This document shows, in pieces, positions 63,620 to 64,000 of a DNA stretch of 64,000 nt (the stretch's first letter is position 1; each line of letters starts with the position of its first letter). This stretch comes from the human T2T-CHM13v2.0 reference genome, Homo sapiens: assembly GCF_009914755.1 (NCBI RefSeq), contig NC_060926.1; one strand, 5' to 3'. A program made the translations under genes and the position numbers. The notes beneath the pieces are model-generated. The model did not search any database. It saw only the letters and a list, made by a program, of their open reading frames with translations, and was not told the origin of the DNA.

Positions 63620-64000
63620 TCTATTGACTCACTCACTCATTTGTATATTTATTCAACAAATATTTATTGAAGGCCTGTATGTCCCAGGCACTATTCCAGG
63701 TTTTAAGGATACATCAGTGAACAAGACAATCCTGCATCTCACAGAGCTTATTTCTTGTGGGAGAAACAGACAATAAACAACATAGCAATTTTAATGTCGT
63801 GTCAGATGAAGGATCTGAAGAAAAGCAAGGCAGCTTAAGGGGTTAAAGTTGATAGGGGCTGCTGTGTTCAACAGAGTAGTCAGGACAGGCTGTGCTTAGA
63901 TGAAATTTGAGCAGAGACGTGAATGTATGTGGGACATAGCCATGTGACTGCCTGGGGGAAGAACATTCCAGGCAGAGGGAACAGCAAGTGCAAAGGCCCT
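63620..64000 (+). mobile_element. L2 fragment
   Basis: attcaacaaatatttattga and gaacattccaggcagagggaacagcaagtgcaaaggccct L2 motifs; strand assignment uncertain. Confidence 0.75.

Overview
Human genomic DNA, not prokaryotic: the IL1RN locus (interleukin-1 receptor antagonist) at the end of the chr2q14 IL-1 gene cluster. All coding exons are on the + strand and were rebuilt by hand. The secreted isoform is 32205-32320, 34156-34244, 35625-35737 and 37236-37451 (534 nt, 177 aa). Also present are the intracellular first exon (ATG 22604), the 63-nt and 171-nt cassette exons, the 86-bp intron VNTR (4 identical copies) and the poly(A) signal at 38575. The rest is mostly interspersed repeats (L1, SVA, about 20 Alus, MIR/L2, MaLR/ERV LTRs including a solo LTR7, MER DNA transposons), and a CpG-island promoter of the next gene lies at about 61.7-62.4 kb. 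Nearly all ORFs in the supplied track are repeat-derived or chance. I found no new protein-coding gene or novel multi-gene system. The most notable observations are small-scale: two AluY elements inserted head-to-head at one TT|AA junction, an apparent Alu-to-Alu gene-conversion tract, a retroposed MER41 transcript end whose tail became a ~200-bp GAA tract, a MIR-derived acceptor for the icIL-1Ra2 exon, overlapping uORFs at both IL1RN start codons, a 7x77-bp VNTR in an L1 5'UTR, and a hypothetical chain of transposon-derived upstream exons. Repeat subfamily names come from recognising consensus motifs by eye and need RepeatMasker/Dfam confirmation.
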